A DNA stretch of 64,000 nucleotides from Anaerolineae bacterium (GCA_034420985.1 DAOUKU010000065.1:99326-163325), one strand, 5' to 3'; counted from the stretch's first letter, positions 47,808 to 56,335 are shown. A program made the numbers and translations. Notes: generated by a model from the letters alone, not told the origin.

Positions 47808-48932
47808 GTGCGTAAGAATCTGGCGACAGCTATCGTTGCTGTCCTGTTGAGCCTGCTGGCGCTGGAGATCGGCTGGCGCTTCTATGTCGCCAACTTCGGC
47901 ACAGAGTATCAAAGAGTGTTCTATTTGTATTCTCGCGCCGAAATCGACGCTCTGGAATCGATCTACCGCCCTTTGCCATTCGTCAATTATGGCTTGTCGC
48001 CGACGCGCGATGACATCAATTCCCTGGGCTATCGCGGACCTGAAATCGCCCAGCCCAAACCCGAAGCCAGCTATCGCATCGCAGCGCTGGGCGGCAGCAC
48101 CACCTACGGAGGCTACTTGGATACTTACGACCTTGCTTGGCCCCACCAGCTTAGACAGACGCTCGCCGCCGATTACGGCTTGAACCATGTTGAGGTCGTC
48201 AACGCTGGCGTGCCTGCCTACACCAGCTTTGAGTCCGCCGTTAATTTCATGCTGCGCGTGCAAGACCTCGACCCGGACATGATCATCATCTACCACGCTG
48301 TCAATGATGTTACGCCGCGCCTGGTTGACCCAGCCTATTACAGCGGCGGCTACGAGGGGCGCGGCACCTGGCGTTACCTGGACGATCCGCTGCCCATCAG
48401 CGCGCTGCAACGCCTGCTCATGCACAAACTGGGGAATACTGTGCCCTTAGCCTACGCGCTGAACGAACAGTTGCCGGCGCCGGAGTCTATTCGCCGCTGC
48501 CAACTGGATACCAGCGGCGAGCAAGCGGTCTGCGCCAACTTGGGCTTGACGGCGGAGCAGGTGCTGGCCGCCAACCCGCCCGTGTATTTCCAGCGCAATC
48601 TCGGCAACATCATCGGCATGGCGCAGCAGCGCGATATCGAGACGCTGCTGCTGACCTGGGCATATTCGCCATATCCATACGATGCGCCCCGCGGCAATGT
48701 CATGACCCATGCCTATCAGCAAGCTGCCGTCGTCGAGCACAACGCCATCATCCGCGAACTCGCCAGCCAACGCGGGGTCATGCTTTATGACATGGCGGCG
48801 ACGCTGCCAATTGACCGCGAATACTGGTACAACGGCGTGCACCAAAGCGCGCAGGGCGCCGCCGAAATGGCGCGGCAACTGGCGGCCTTCCTTGTCGAGA
48901 ATGTAGACGAGCTTGGCGGGCTGCCGGACTAG
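47808..48932 (+). CDS. SGNH/GDSL-type hydrolase family protein with N-terminal membrane anchor
   Basis: N-terminal TM. Block I-like IAALGGSTTYG, block III-like NAGVPAY, and a later YHAVND block. Confidence 0.65.
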   Translation: MRKNLATAIVAVLLSLLALEIGWRFYVANFGTEYQRVFYLYSRAEIDALESIYRPLPFVNYGLSPTRDDINSLGYRGPEIAQPKPEASYRIAALGGSTTYGGYLDTYDLAWPHQLRQTLAADYGLNHVEVVNAGVPAYTSFESAVNFMLRVQDLDPDMIIIYHAVNDVTPRLVDPAYYSGGYEGRGTWRYLDDPLPISALQRLLMHKLGNTVPLAYALNEQLPAPESIRRCQLDTSGEQAVCANLGLTAEQVLAANPPVYFQRNLGNIIGMAQQRDIETLLLTWAYSPYPYDAPRGNVMTHAYQQAAVVEHNAIIRELASQRGVMLYDMAATLPIDREYWYNGVHQSAQGAAEMARQLAAFLVENVDELGGLPD

Positions 48933-49159
48933 TTTCCCGCTTGCGCAAAATGCGCATCGCGCGCCGCGTCCAGCGTGTCATCCACGATGGCCTGCAATTC
49001 AGCTTGCGGATAATGCTGCGGCAGCAGCGCGGAACCGGGACCGCGGGCGGGGAAGCGTTGGTACAGAGCTTTGGCGATGAGGGCATGTCGTTTCCCAGCG
49101 TGAATCGGAGTGGCTAAGAATTGACGCACTTTACCATCTTGCTGCTGTATCCAGTTCAA
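48929..49159 (-). CDS. Hypothetical ORF, possibly a 3' remnant of a disrupted gene
   Basis: TTG start only, and no recognisable domain. It is in frame with the upstream 183-aa ORF across a single TGA. The GC content jumps inside it. Confidence 0.25.
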   Translation of the reverse strand: MNWIQQQDGKVRQFLATPIHAGKRHALIAKALYQRFPARGPGSALLPQHYPQAELQAIVDDTLDAARDAHFAQAGN

Positions 49160-49165
49160 AACAAC

Positions 49166-49717
49166 TCAGCGCAGCTCAATTGAATGCAGTGAAGTTCGGT
49201 CGAATAAGTCATTGGCGTTACTGAACTTCCAGCAAAACAGTTCGCCAACTTGCTGCAAAGAATCTTCGCGCAGCCAATATCCGATTTCGAGAAAGCGAAA
49301 TGCATCAACATCTGTGGGCTGGGTCTGCCACTTTCGTGATTTGCTTGGGATGAGTTCTCTCCAGCGCTGGTCACGAGTGGAATCACTGCGGACGCCGTAC
49401 CATGCTTTTCCTGTAAGGGCTTGCCAAAGAAGGAGTCTTGGCTCACCGATTACAGCGTGATTCCGCATAATGTTGGACAAATGTATGGTTCGTCCCCACA
49501 CCCAGGCTTGCTCCAAAGTGTCAAAGCGCGGCTTGCCATTCTCGCGTTTCGTTATGACCGTCAGCGCGTGCCAAGCCATATCTAGCAGGTCGTCTAGCGC
49601 GCGGTCGAGTTCTTCGGCTTCGGGGCGGAACTCTTCGGCGCTAAGGGCGACTCGTCTGCCAGTGCGGATGCTGTTGCCGAGCGCGCAATCGCGGTCGCTC
49701 CAGACGAGGACGGGCAT
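49166..49717 (-). CDS. Hypothetical protein (183 aa), last gene of the low-GC cassette
   Basis: Its ATG at 49717 shares one nucleotide with the TAA of the upstream gene (TAATG). I recognise no domain. About 45-50% GC. Confidence 0.6.
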   Translation of the reverse strand: MPVLVWSDRDCALGNSIRTGRRVALSAEEFRPEAEELDRALDDLLDMAWHALTVITKRENGKPRFDTLEQAWVWGRTIHLSNIMRNHAVIGEPRLLLWQALTGKAWYGVRSDSTRDQRWRELIPSKSRKWQTQPTDVDAFRFLEIGYWLREDSLQQVGELFCWKFSNANDLFDRTSLHSIELR

Positions 49718-51912
49718 TAGGCAAACTCCTGCGAAAAGATGTCCAGCATGACTGCGACAGTTTCGCGCCATGTCTGGGCAAATTCAATTGGGGATTCCAT
49801 TGCTCCGTTGCCTAGTTTTTCCAGCCGGCGGCGATACGGTTCCCAATTGGGATCATCTGGGCTACCTATGCTATCGAGCAATTGGTCAAAGTTGCTGTCA
49901 CTGCCGTGTTCCTTCGGCCGCAGTGCCCATTCAAGCAAGCCGTTGGCGCTGATCTCGGCGATGAAGGCGTTCTTGCCTTGTAGAGGACTCCGCAGACGCT
50001 GTACATCTGGCAATGCTTTGCGCAGCGGGTAATCTCCTGGATAGGTTAGTTCAGAGAGTTCGATATTCAACTTCCACATCTCTTTCTGTTCGGATTCTTG
50101 CCGAATATCAAATGGCAAGTCGTTCTTCGCGCGGCCAGGATCGCGTTGAAAGTACACTGGCTTACTGTCATGTGCGATTCGGTCTACTTCTTCATTGACA
50201 AGCTCGGCGCGCACACGAAAGATGCCGCTCGACTCAGGCATCTTCAGGCTGGCTGCGTCTGTGACTGGCAAGTGCGATTCCTGTTGCGGATCCAGCAATT
50301 GGCGCTTCACAGTCAAGATGGATTGCGGGGTAGGGGTGTCGCCAGCCGGCGTGCCAGGCAGTACGACCGGCATTTCCCGCGCGAAGACTTCGTCGCAAAA
50401 TGTCGCGTTCAAGTAGACTGTGGCGGCATCGGGCAATCGATTACGCGCCTTGAATTCAATGTGCAAGACCTCGCCATGGTCAATGCGCTGCTTCTTTCCA
50501 TTATCGACATTCACGGCGTTGATAGACAAAGTGATCGGATTCTTGTCTGGTGGAGGGGGTGGCTCGGTCTCTACATAGACAGTCCGTGCCGCGCTTTTCA
50601 CCCGTTCGCCGCGGTGTATAACCACAGCTCGCAGCCGGAATTCACCGGGTACCGGACATTTGATTTGCCGGTCACCGTTGACTTTACCGCGCAGGATATG
50701 CCAGTCCCCAAGTTCAAATTGCTCTTGTATGCGGTCTTTGCTCCACTGCTTGCTGATGGCTGCTTCTTTTCTGAATATTTCGTCCGCGTTGCCAGCTTCA
50801 TCCACCCATTCAAGGATCAAGTCAGCGCTGCCCATGAATTCATCACCTGGTTCGCAGCCCACTTCGACATATACACTTCGGACCGACTGCCCCCAATTTA
50901 CCCGCGCGCTTTTCGGGTCTGGATAATCCAGGTCGAGGCGGAGATCCCAGATAAGCTGCCTGCCATCTGACTCACCTTTGCCTCGTCCAGGCTTGGGTTT
51001 GCGTCCATTTGGATTCAAAAAAGTCTCCAATAATCTCGCATGCGTGTCTTTTTCGCGCTGAGAGACCTGCTGCTGTGAAGTTGAGACAGCTTCCATCCAG
51101 CCCATGTCATGGCTGAAGTCGCGCACTCTTTCTGAAAGCAAATTGCGAATATTACTGATGATCTTCTTCTTGCGGTTGAAGCGATCGTGCTGCGGGTTTT
51201 CAATTTCATGGTGTCGCAGCGCGCTTTCGGTAAATTTGGCAAATTCGACATAGCCACGGAAGCCGGCGCGTTTCTCCGCCGGGATCAGATCTCCATACTC
51301 TTCTTTGGCTCCGTAGGTCTCAATCCACTGTCTGTGGCGCAGTAGCTGAATGCCAGACCATTCAGGTTCCTTCGAGATTTCGTCTTCGGGGATGGTATCG
51401 CTATACAGCAGGACTAAGCGGCGGATTTCGTGCTCATCATCCAATGGCAGGTTGCCCCAGACACACGCGCGGTCGCCATAGGGCATGTCTAGCCAGCTAC
51501 CCTCAGATGAAGGCTTGCTTCTTTCTCGAGGCAAAGACGACCACCAACTCGGTATAGCGATCTCCTCCGCTTCGCCATGCACATCAATGACGCGAATGCG
51601 TACTCTGTTAGTCTGGATAGCTCGCCACCAGCAGCGCTGCAACCAGCGAGAAAGCTCACCTCCTGGGCGCATCGTTGCAACCTGCTTAGCCGGGATAAAG
51701 GGCACAATAATTCGCGTGCCGATTTCGCTCAATGGTTTGATACCGAGAGGCACGGACAGACCGTCGTCCAAGCGGAACTGCTCACTGCGTATCCATTCTC
51801 GCGCCTCATCGTTAAACACAGGCGGCGTCATGACCTGGTCAATCGGCCGCGCAAAACGCATCCCTAAGCGATATTCGCCATCTTCCAGCAAGGTGTCATA
51901 GAGCATCAGCAT
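49717..51912 (-). CDS. Large uncharacterised protein (731 aa), probably the C-terminal continuation of the GHKL ATPase ORF upstream
   Basis: It overlaps the GHKL ORF end by 7 nt in a different frame. The N-terminus (MLMLYDTLLEDGEYRLGMRF) looks like the beta-strands expected after a GHKL G2 box. The C-terminal half is beta-rich. Confidence 0.7.
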   Translation of the reverse strand: MLMLYDTLLEDGEYRLGMRFARPIDQVMTPPVFNDEAREWIRSEQFRLDDGLSVPLGIKPLSEIGTRIIVPFIPAKQVATMRPGGELSRWLQRCWWRAIQTNRVRIRVIDVHGEAEEIAIPSWWSSLPRERSKPSSEGSWLDMPYGDRACVWGNLPLDDEHEIRRLVLLYSDTIPEDEISKEPEWSGIQLLRHRQWIETYGAKEEYGDLIPAEKRAGFRGYVEFAKFTESALRHHEIENPQHDRFNRKKKIISNIRNLLSERVRDFSHDMGWMEAVSTSQQQVSQREKDTHARLLETFLNPNGRKPKPGRGKGESDGRQLIWDLRLDLDYPDPKSARVNWGQSVRSVYVEVGCEPGDEFMGSADLILEWVDEAGNADEIFRKEAAISKQWSKDRIQEQFELGDWHILRGKVNGDRQIKCPVPGEFRLRAVVIHRGERVKSAARTVYVETEPPPPPDKNPITLSINAVNVDNGKKQRIDHGEVLHIEFKARNRLPDAATVYLNATFCDEVFAREMPVVLPGTPAGDTPTPQSILTVKRQLLDPQQESHLPVTDAASLKMPESSGIFRVRAELVNEEVDRIAHDSKPVYFQRDPGRAKNDLPFDIRQESEQKEMWKLNIELSELTYPGDYPLRKALPDVQRLRSPLQGKNAFIAEISANGLLEWALRPKEHGSDSNFDQLLDSIGSPDDPNWEPYRRRLEKLGNGAMESPIEFAQTWRETVAVMLDIFSQEFA

Positions 51913-52355
51913 GCGCCGGGGACATGCGAGTGATAGAGGAATGCCGCCTTACCTTGCCCACGAGAGCCGAGAGCGTCTTCGTTTTCTTTGGTGTAGCCCT
52001 GCGCTTCAAATGCCGCCCAATTCTCTTCAGGCTTCAGCTTGTAGTCCCGTCTCTTCAATTCTTCAACAGTCACCATCGGGCCGCGCAAGCCCGTCGTCCC
52101 AGTATCTGTTACTGTGAGCATATAGCATCCGCTTCCATCGGGCATTCGCCGCCGCAGCAAGCGGTATTCCACCACAACCGTCTGCTGCCCAGCGCGGGCA
52201 GCATCCAGCGCGTTCTGCACAGGTTCTTGCGCCAATGCGCGCAATGCTCCCATTTTGTAGGCTTGGATAGTGTTTTTAATCGTTTGCACCATATCTGTTG
52301 ATGTATTTTCAAACTGCATTGGATCGTTCGCCTTCCCGTTAATTGATCTAGTCAT
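51906..52355 (-). CDS. GHKL (MutL/MORC/Hsp90-type Bergerat-fold) ATPase, N-terminal portion
   Basis: N-box QEPVQNALDA, G1 box VTDTGTTGL, G2 box GSRGQGKAAF. I chose ATG 52355, which overlaps the upstream stop by 8 nt. The track start at 52421 would overlap the upstream gene by 74 nt. Confidence 0.7.
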   Translation of the reverse strand: MTRSINGKANDPMQFENTSTDMVQTIKNTIQAYKMGALRALAQEPVQNALDAARAGQQTVVVEYRLLRRRMPDGSGCYMLTVTDTGTTGLRGPMVTVEELKRRDYKLKPEENWAAFEAQGYTKENEDALGSRGQGKAAFLYHSHVPGAC

Positions 52356-52857
52356 TGCTTGAGTCGTTGGCGTTTCTTCTCCGCCGTTTCGCGCCCACAT
52401 TCCGCGCATTGGGATAATCATCCCGCAGCGCGTAAAATCCCTTGCTGGTCGGGCGTATGAAGCGCTTATCGGCGTCGGCGCGCCCTTTGTCGTCCTGCGT
52501 CATGCGCGATACCAGCCCGCCAGCCGGATCCTTGCCCTTTATCACCGCGCCACGCCGCATCAATTCGTCCGCCAAATCCCGATAGTGCATCGGCTCTGCA
52601 TTTCGCTCGCGCAGTACCGCTTCCGCCATATTGAGGAGTTCACTTGTCGGTGTCGAACCGCTGCGCGATCGCGCGCGCCTGGGTGGCGGCTCGTTGGCGA
52701 CAGTTCCGTTGGAGAGCAAGGCCAGCACATGACGAAGGCGCTGCTCCTTGATATCTAGCTGCTGGCGCAGCAGGTTTATCTCCGTCTGCAAGCGGTCGCG
52801 CTCGTTGAGCAGAGACTGCTGCAGCGCGTCCGCCTCTTTGTCTCCGTTCTCGTTCAT
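52348..52857 (-). CDS. Coiled-coil protein with a C-terminal HARE-HTH-like winged-helix domain
   Basis: N-terminal heptad-rich segment (LLNERDRLQTEINLLRQQLDIKEQRLRHV). C-terminal MAEAVLRERNAEPMHYRDLADELMRRG...RFIRPTSKGFYALRD. I chose ATG 52857 because the -10 box of the best promoter lies downstream of the track start at 52905. Confidence 0.6.
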   Translation of the reverse strand: MNENGDKEADALQQSLLNERDRLQTEINLLRQQLDIKEQRLRHVLALLSNGTVANEPPPRRARSRSGSTPTSELLNMAEAVLRERNAEPMHYRDLADELMRRGAVIKGKDPAGGLVSRMTQDDKGRADADKRFIRPTSKGFYALRDDYPNARNVGAKRRRRNANDSSND

Positions 52858-52895
52858 CCACTTTTGCCCGCCCACCAGCTTATCTGTATACGCGT

Positions 52896-52924
52896 AATAT
52901 AGCATTCTAGTCTAGAAATGTCAA
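52896..52924 (-). promoter_or_regulatory. Near-consensus sigma-70 promoter of the low-GC cassette (TTGACA-17 nt-TATATT) with a palindrome in the spacer
   Basis: On the minus strand, TTGACA at 52924..52919 and TATATT at 52901..52896. The spacer contains the perfect palindrome TTCTAGACTAGAA. Confidence 0.6.
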
Positions 52925-52994
52925 TACTGTATATTTACCATTATCTAGCTTGTCATGCTCGCCTGCCGCTTCCCAAAACCGCGCGTAATGTTGC

Positions 52995-53023
52995 TTGACT
53001 CTGCTATTATCGTGTGCTAGCCT
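52995..53023 (+). promoter_or_regulatory. Candidate promoter of the nuo operon (TTGACT-17 nt-TAGCCT with TG extension)
   Basis: TTGACT at 52995..53000, TGc-TAGCCT at 53015..53023, about 50 nt upstream of the nuoA ATG. Confidence 0.35.
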
Positions 53024-53073
53024 CACTGCCAGTTGGACTTGTTCAAAAAAGCACAAGTGCCTGGCTTGCCGCG

Positions 53074-53433
53074 ATGACCATCCTTGAATTCGGACCTGTG
53101 AGCGCGCTGCTCGTCATTTCGATCGCGCTGGCGCTGATCATCGCCAACATTTCCCGCGTCATGGGTCCGCAGCGCCCGACCTACCGCAAAGCCGTCCCCT
53201 ACGAAAGCGGGATGAAGCCGATCGGACCCGCCACGCGCCGTCTGCCAGTCAAGTTCTACCTGGTGGCTGTGCTCTTCATCATCTTTGATATTGAAGTGAT
53301 TTTCTTTTTGCCCTGGGCCGTTTCCATGCGTGACCTGGGCGTCTACGGGCTGGCGGTCATGGCCGTCTTCACGCTGATATTGATCGTCGGCTTCGTCTAC
53401 GAATGGAAGAAAGGCGGCTTGGAATGGGAGTAA
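53074..53433 (+). CDS. nuoA: NADH-quinone oxidoreductase subunit A
   Basis: PYESGMKP...[24 protein letters not shown] chose ATG 53074. Confidence 0.9.
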   Translation: MTILEFGPVSALLVISIALALIIANISRVMGPQRPTYRKAVPYESGMKPIGPATRRLPVKFYLVAVLFIIFDIEVIFFLPWAVSMRDLGVYGLAVMAVFTLILIVGFVYEWKKGGLEWE

Positions 53434-53906
53434 GCGAGAAGCTGGGCAACCTGGGCGTTGTCACTACCACCGTCGAGCAAGCCGTCAATTGGGCGCGCAC
53501 TGGCGCGATGTGGCCCCTCCTCTTTGGCTTGGCTTGCTGCGCCATCGAATATATGAGTTCGCAAGCCTCCAGCTATGATTTGTCGCGCTTCGGCATGGAA
53601 TTGAACCGCGCCACGCCACGCCAGGCGGATTTGCTGATTGTGTCCGGGCGGCTGACGCGCAAAATGGCGCCCGTCATTCGCCAGCTCTATGACCAGATGG
53701 CGGAACCGAAATGGGTCATTTCCATGGGCGATTGCGCTTCCTGCGGCGGCGTCTACAACAACTACGCCATTGTGCAGGGCGTGGACGAAATCATCCCGGT
53801 CGATGTCTATATCGCGGGCTGCCCGCCGCGCCCGGAACAATTGCTGCATGGCATCTTGACCCTGCACGAAAAGGTCAAGAGCGAGCGCATTGCGGACTGG
53901 GCTTAA
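53424..53906 (+). CDS. nuoB: NADH-quinone oxidoreductase subunit B
   Basis: [16 protein letters not shown] and GCPPRPE N2-cluster motifs. The start overlaps the nuoA stop. Confidence 0.93.
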   Translation: MGVSEKLGNLGVVTTTVEQAVNWARTGAMWPLLFGLACCAIEYMSSQASSYDLSRFGMELNRATPRQADLLIVSGRLTRKMAPVIRQLYDQMAEPKWVISMGDCASCGGVYNNYAIVQGVDEIIPVDVYIAGCPPRPEQLLHGILTLHEKVKSERIADWA

Positions 53907-53934
53907 GCCCAGCGCGGAATTGAGGAAGCGGTCG

Positions 53935-54504
53935 ATGGAAATCCCTGCCCCAAGAGACCCGGCGCAAGCGGCCCGCGATGCCTTTGGCGACGCGATTCTG
54001 CATGTCAAGCAATTCCGCGGCGAAACTACCCTGATCGTCGACGCCATGCGCTTGCCCGAACTGCTGAGCTTTCTGCGCAGCAGCCCGGGCTTGGTCTACA
54101 ACATGCTCTCCGATGTCAGTGCCGTGGACTATTACCCGAGCGACTATGGTGATGGCTACGACGGGGAAGCCAGCGACTACCGCCCTGAGCGCTTCGGCGT
54201 TTCCTATCACATCTTGTCGATGCTTTACAATCGGCGGCTGCGCGTCAAAGCCTTTGCGGCGGCGGACGACCCGCGCTTGCCCACCGGTACCGCTGTCTAT
54301 CCGGCTGCCAACTGGCTGGAACGCGAGATCGCTGACATGATGGGCATTGAATTTGAAGACCACCCGGATCCGCGGCGCTTGCTGATGCCGGAAGATTGGC
54401 ATGGCCACCCGCACCGGCGCGATTATCCGCTGGGCAAAGAAACGGTCGCCTTCTCCTTCAATGTCAACGAGATTCACGCGCACAAGCCCTTCGCCAAGGA
54501 CTAG
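53935..54504 (+). CDS. nuoC: NADH-quinone oxidoreductase subunit C
   Basis: NWLEREIADMMGIEFEDHPD motif. ATG preceded by GAGGAAG. Confidence 0.9.
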   Translation: MEIPAPRDPAQAARDAFGDAILHVKQFRGETTLIVDAMRLPELLSFLRSSPGLVYNMLSDVSAVDYYPSDYGDGYDGEASDYRPERFGVSYHILSMLYNRRLRVKAFAAADDPRLPTGTAVYPAANWLEREIADMMGIEFEDHPDPRRLLMPEDWHGHPHRRDYPLGKETVAFSFNVNEIHAHKPFAKD

Positions 54505-54515
54505 ACGAGGTCGCT

Positions 54516-55796
54516 ATGGCAGCCGCCCTTAGAGAGCAAGCCCCATCGCCTTCCATTGAAGAGCAGCGCCGCTGGGAGGGCGACCTTGACCAGTTGCGCG
54601 GGCTGGTTAGCGAACGCGCTATCACTGGCGATACCATGCTGCTTAACATGGGTCCGCACCATCCCAGCACGCATGGCGTCTTGCGTCTGCTGCTGGAACT
54701 GGATGGCGAGCAAATCGTCACCTGCCTGCCGGATGTGGGCTTCTTGCATACGGGAATCGAAAAGTCGGTCGAGGACAAGAGCTACGAGAAAGCCGTCCCG
54801 CTGACGGACCGCATGGACTATCTGTCGCCGATGTCTAATAACATGGCTTATGCGGCGGCGGTGGAAAAATTGCTGGATCTGGATGTGCCCGAACGCGGGC
54901 AGATCATCCGCGTCGTCTGCCTGGAATTGGCTCGCTGCGCCAGTCATTTAGTCTGGCTGGGCACCCACGCCATCGATATGGGTGCCATGAGCGTGCTGCT
55001 CTACGCCTTCCGCGAGCGGGAGCGCATCCTGGGCATGTTCGAGATGCTATCCGGGCAGCGCATGATGAGCAGCTATATCCGTCCCGGCGGCGTCTGGCGG
55101 GATGTGCCGGAGGACTTCCTGCCGACCATCAAGCAGTTTCTCAACGACTTCCCCTACAAAGTAGACGATTACGAAGCGCTTTTGACGCAGAACCCGATAT
55201 GGAAAGACCGCTCGCAAGGCGTCGGGGTAGTCGAGCCGGATGTGGCGCTGGCGCTGGGCATGACCGGTCCCGCCCTGCGCGGCAGCGGCGTCAACTGGGA
55301 TTTACGCAAGGCGCAGCCCTACAGCGGCTACGAGACTTATGACTTCAATGTGCCGCTGGGCGAGCATGGCGATGTCTACGACCGTTACCTGATCCGCATT
55401 CACGAATTCCGCGAAAGCATGAAGATCCTCAATCAGGCGGTTTCGCGGCTGGAACGGGTGCAAGGACCGACGCGCTCGGAGAATCGCAAGTATTGCCCGC
55501 CGCTGCGCAGTGAACTGGGGCAGAGCATGGAAGCCGTCATCCACCACTTCAAGTTGTGGACTTATGGCTATGACGCGCCCGATGACGAAATCTACTGCGC
55601 CATCGAAAGCCCGCGCGGCGAGATCGGCTGCTACATCCATGGCACGGGCGCCAACAAACCACGCCGCGTCCACTTCAAGACGCCCTCCTTCATGCACATC
55701 AGCGCTTTGCCGGTCGTGTCGAAGGGCTATTTGCTAGCCGATATGGTCGCCATCATCGGCAGCGTGGATATCGTGCTGGGCGATTGCGACCGCTAG
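54516..55796 (+). CDS. nuoD: NADH-quinone oxidoreductase subunit D
   Basis: NMGPHHPSTHGVLRL, and DRMDYLSPMSNN. The C-terminus DIVLGDCDR is typical of NuoD. Confidence 0.93.
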   Translation: MAAALREQAPSPSIEEQRRWEGDLDQLRGLVSERAITGDTMLLNMGPHHPSTHGVLRLLLELDGEQIVTCLPDVGFLHTGIEKSVEDKSYEKAVPLTDRMDYLSPMSNNMAYAAAVEKLLDLDVPERGQIIRVVCLELARCASHLVWLGTHAIDMGAMSVLLYAFRERERILGMFEMLSGQRMMSSYIRPGGVWRDVPEDFLPTIKQFLNDFPYKVDDYEALLTQNPIWKDRSQGVGVVEPDVALALGMTGPALRGSGVNWDLRKAQPYSGYETYDFNVPLGEHGDVYDRYLIRIHEFRESMKILNQAVSRLERVQGPTRSENRKYCPPLRSELGQSMEAVIHHFKLWTYGYDAPDDEIYCAIESPRGEIGCYIHGTGANKPRRVHFKTPSFMHISALPVVSKGYLLADMVAIIGSVDIVLGDCDR

Positions 55797-55828
55797 CCGG
55801 CGCTGGACTGGGGGACGAAGGAAGGCAC

Positions 55829-56335
55829 ATGGCGATCATCGGCAACCCGAAATATGCGCAGCGCATTGAGCAGCACCTGGCCAAATACGAAACTAAGCGC
55901 TCGGCCGTCATGCCCCTGCTCTACATCGCGCAGGAAGAATACGGCTGGGTCAACAACGACGGCATCGGTGAAGTGGCGCAGATACTCAACCTGGACCCTA
56001 CCCAGGTCAAATCCATCGCCGGCTTCTACACCATGTACAGCGAGAAGCCCAAGGGCAAATACTGGCTGCAAGTCTGCACCGATCTGCCCTGTGCCTTGCA
56101 GGGTGCTGACGAATTCCACGCCTGGCTCAAGGAAGAACTGGACGTCGAAGAAGGCGGCACGACCGATGATGGCCTGTTCACCGTCGAGCATGTCATGTGC
56201 CTGGCGGCCTGCGACAAAGCGCCCATGCTGCAGTGCAATTTTCGTTATGTAGAGAATCTCGATCAGGACAAAATGCGCCAACTGCTGACGGAATGGCGCA
56301 GCCAAGCGGCAGCGGCAGCCAACGGGCGCGGCTAG
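55829..56335 (+). CDS. nuoE: NADH-quinone oxidoreductase subunit E
   Basis: 2Fe-2S Cys pattern (QVCTDLPC...CLAACDKAP). Confidence 0.9.
   Translation: MAIIGNPKYAQRIEQHLAKYETKRSAVMPLLYIAQEEYGWVNNDGIGEVAQILNLDPTQVKSIAGFYTMYSEKPKGKYWLQVCTDLPCALQGADEFHAWLKEELDVEEGGTTDDGLFTVEHVMCLAACDKAPMLQCNFRYVENLDQDKMRQLLTEWRSQAAAAANGRG

Noticed and set aside
44892-48425. 486-aa and 683-aa minus-strand ORFs (44892..46352 and 46374..48425)
   Set aside because: Both are antisense to rpoB, and the second also to the SGNH gene. The rpoB frame has universally conserved blocks, so these are shadow ORFs.
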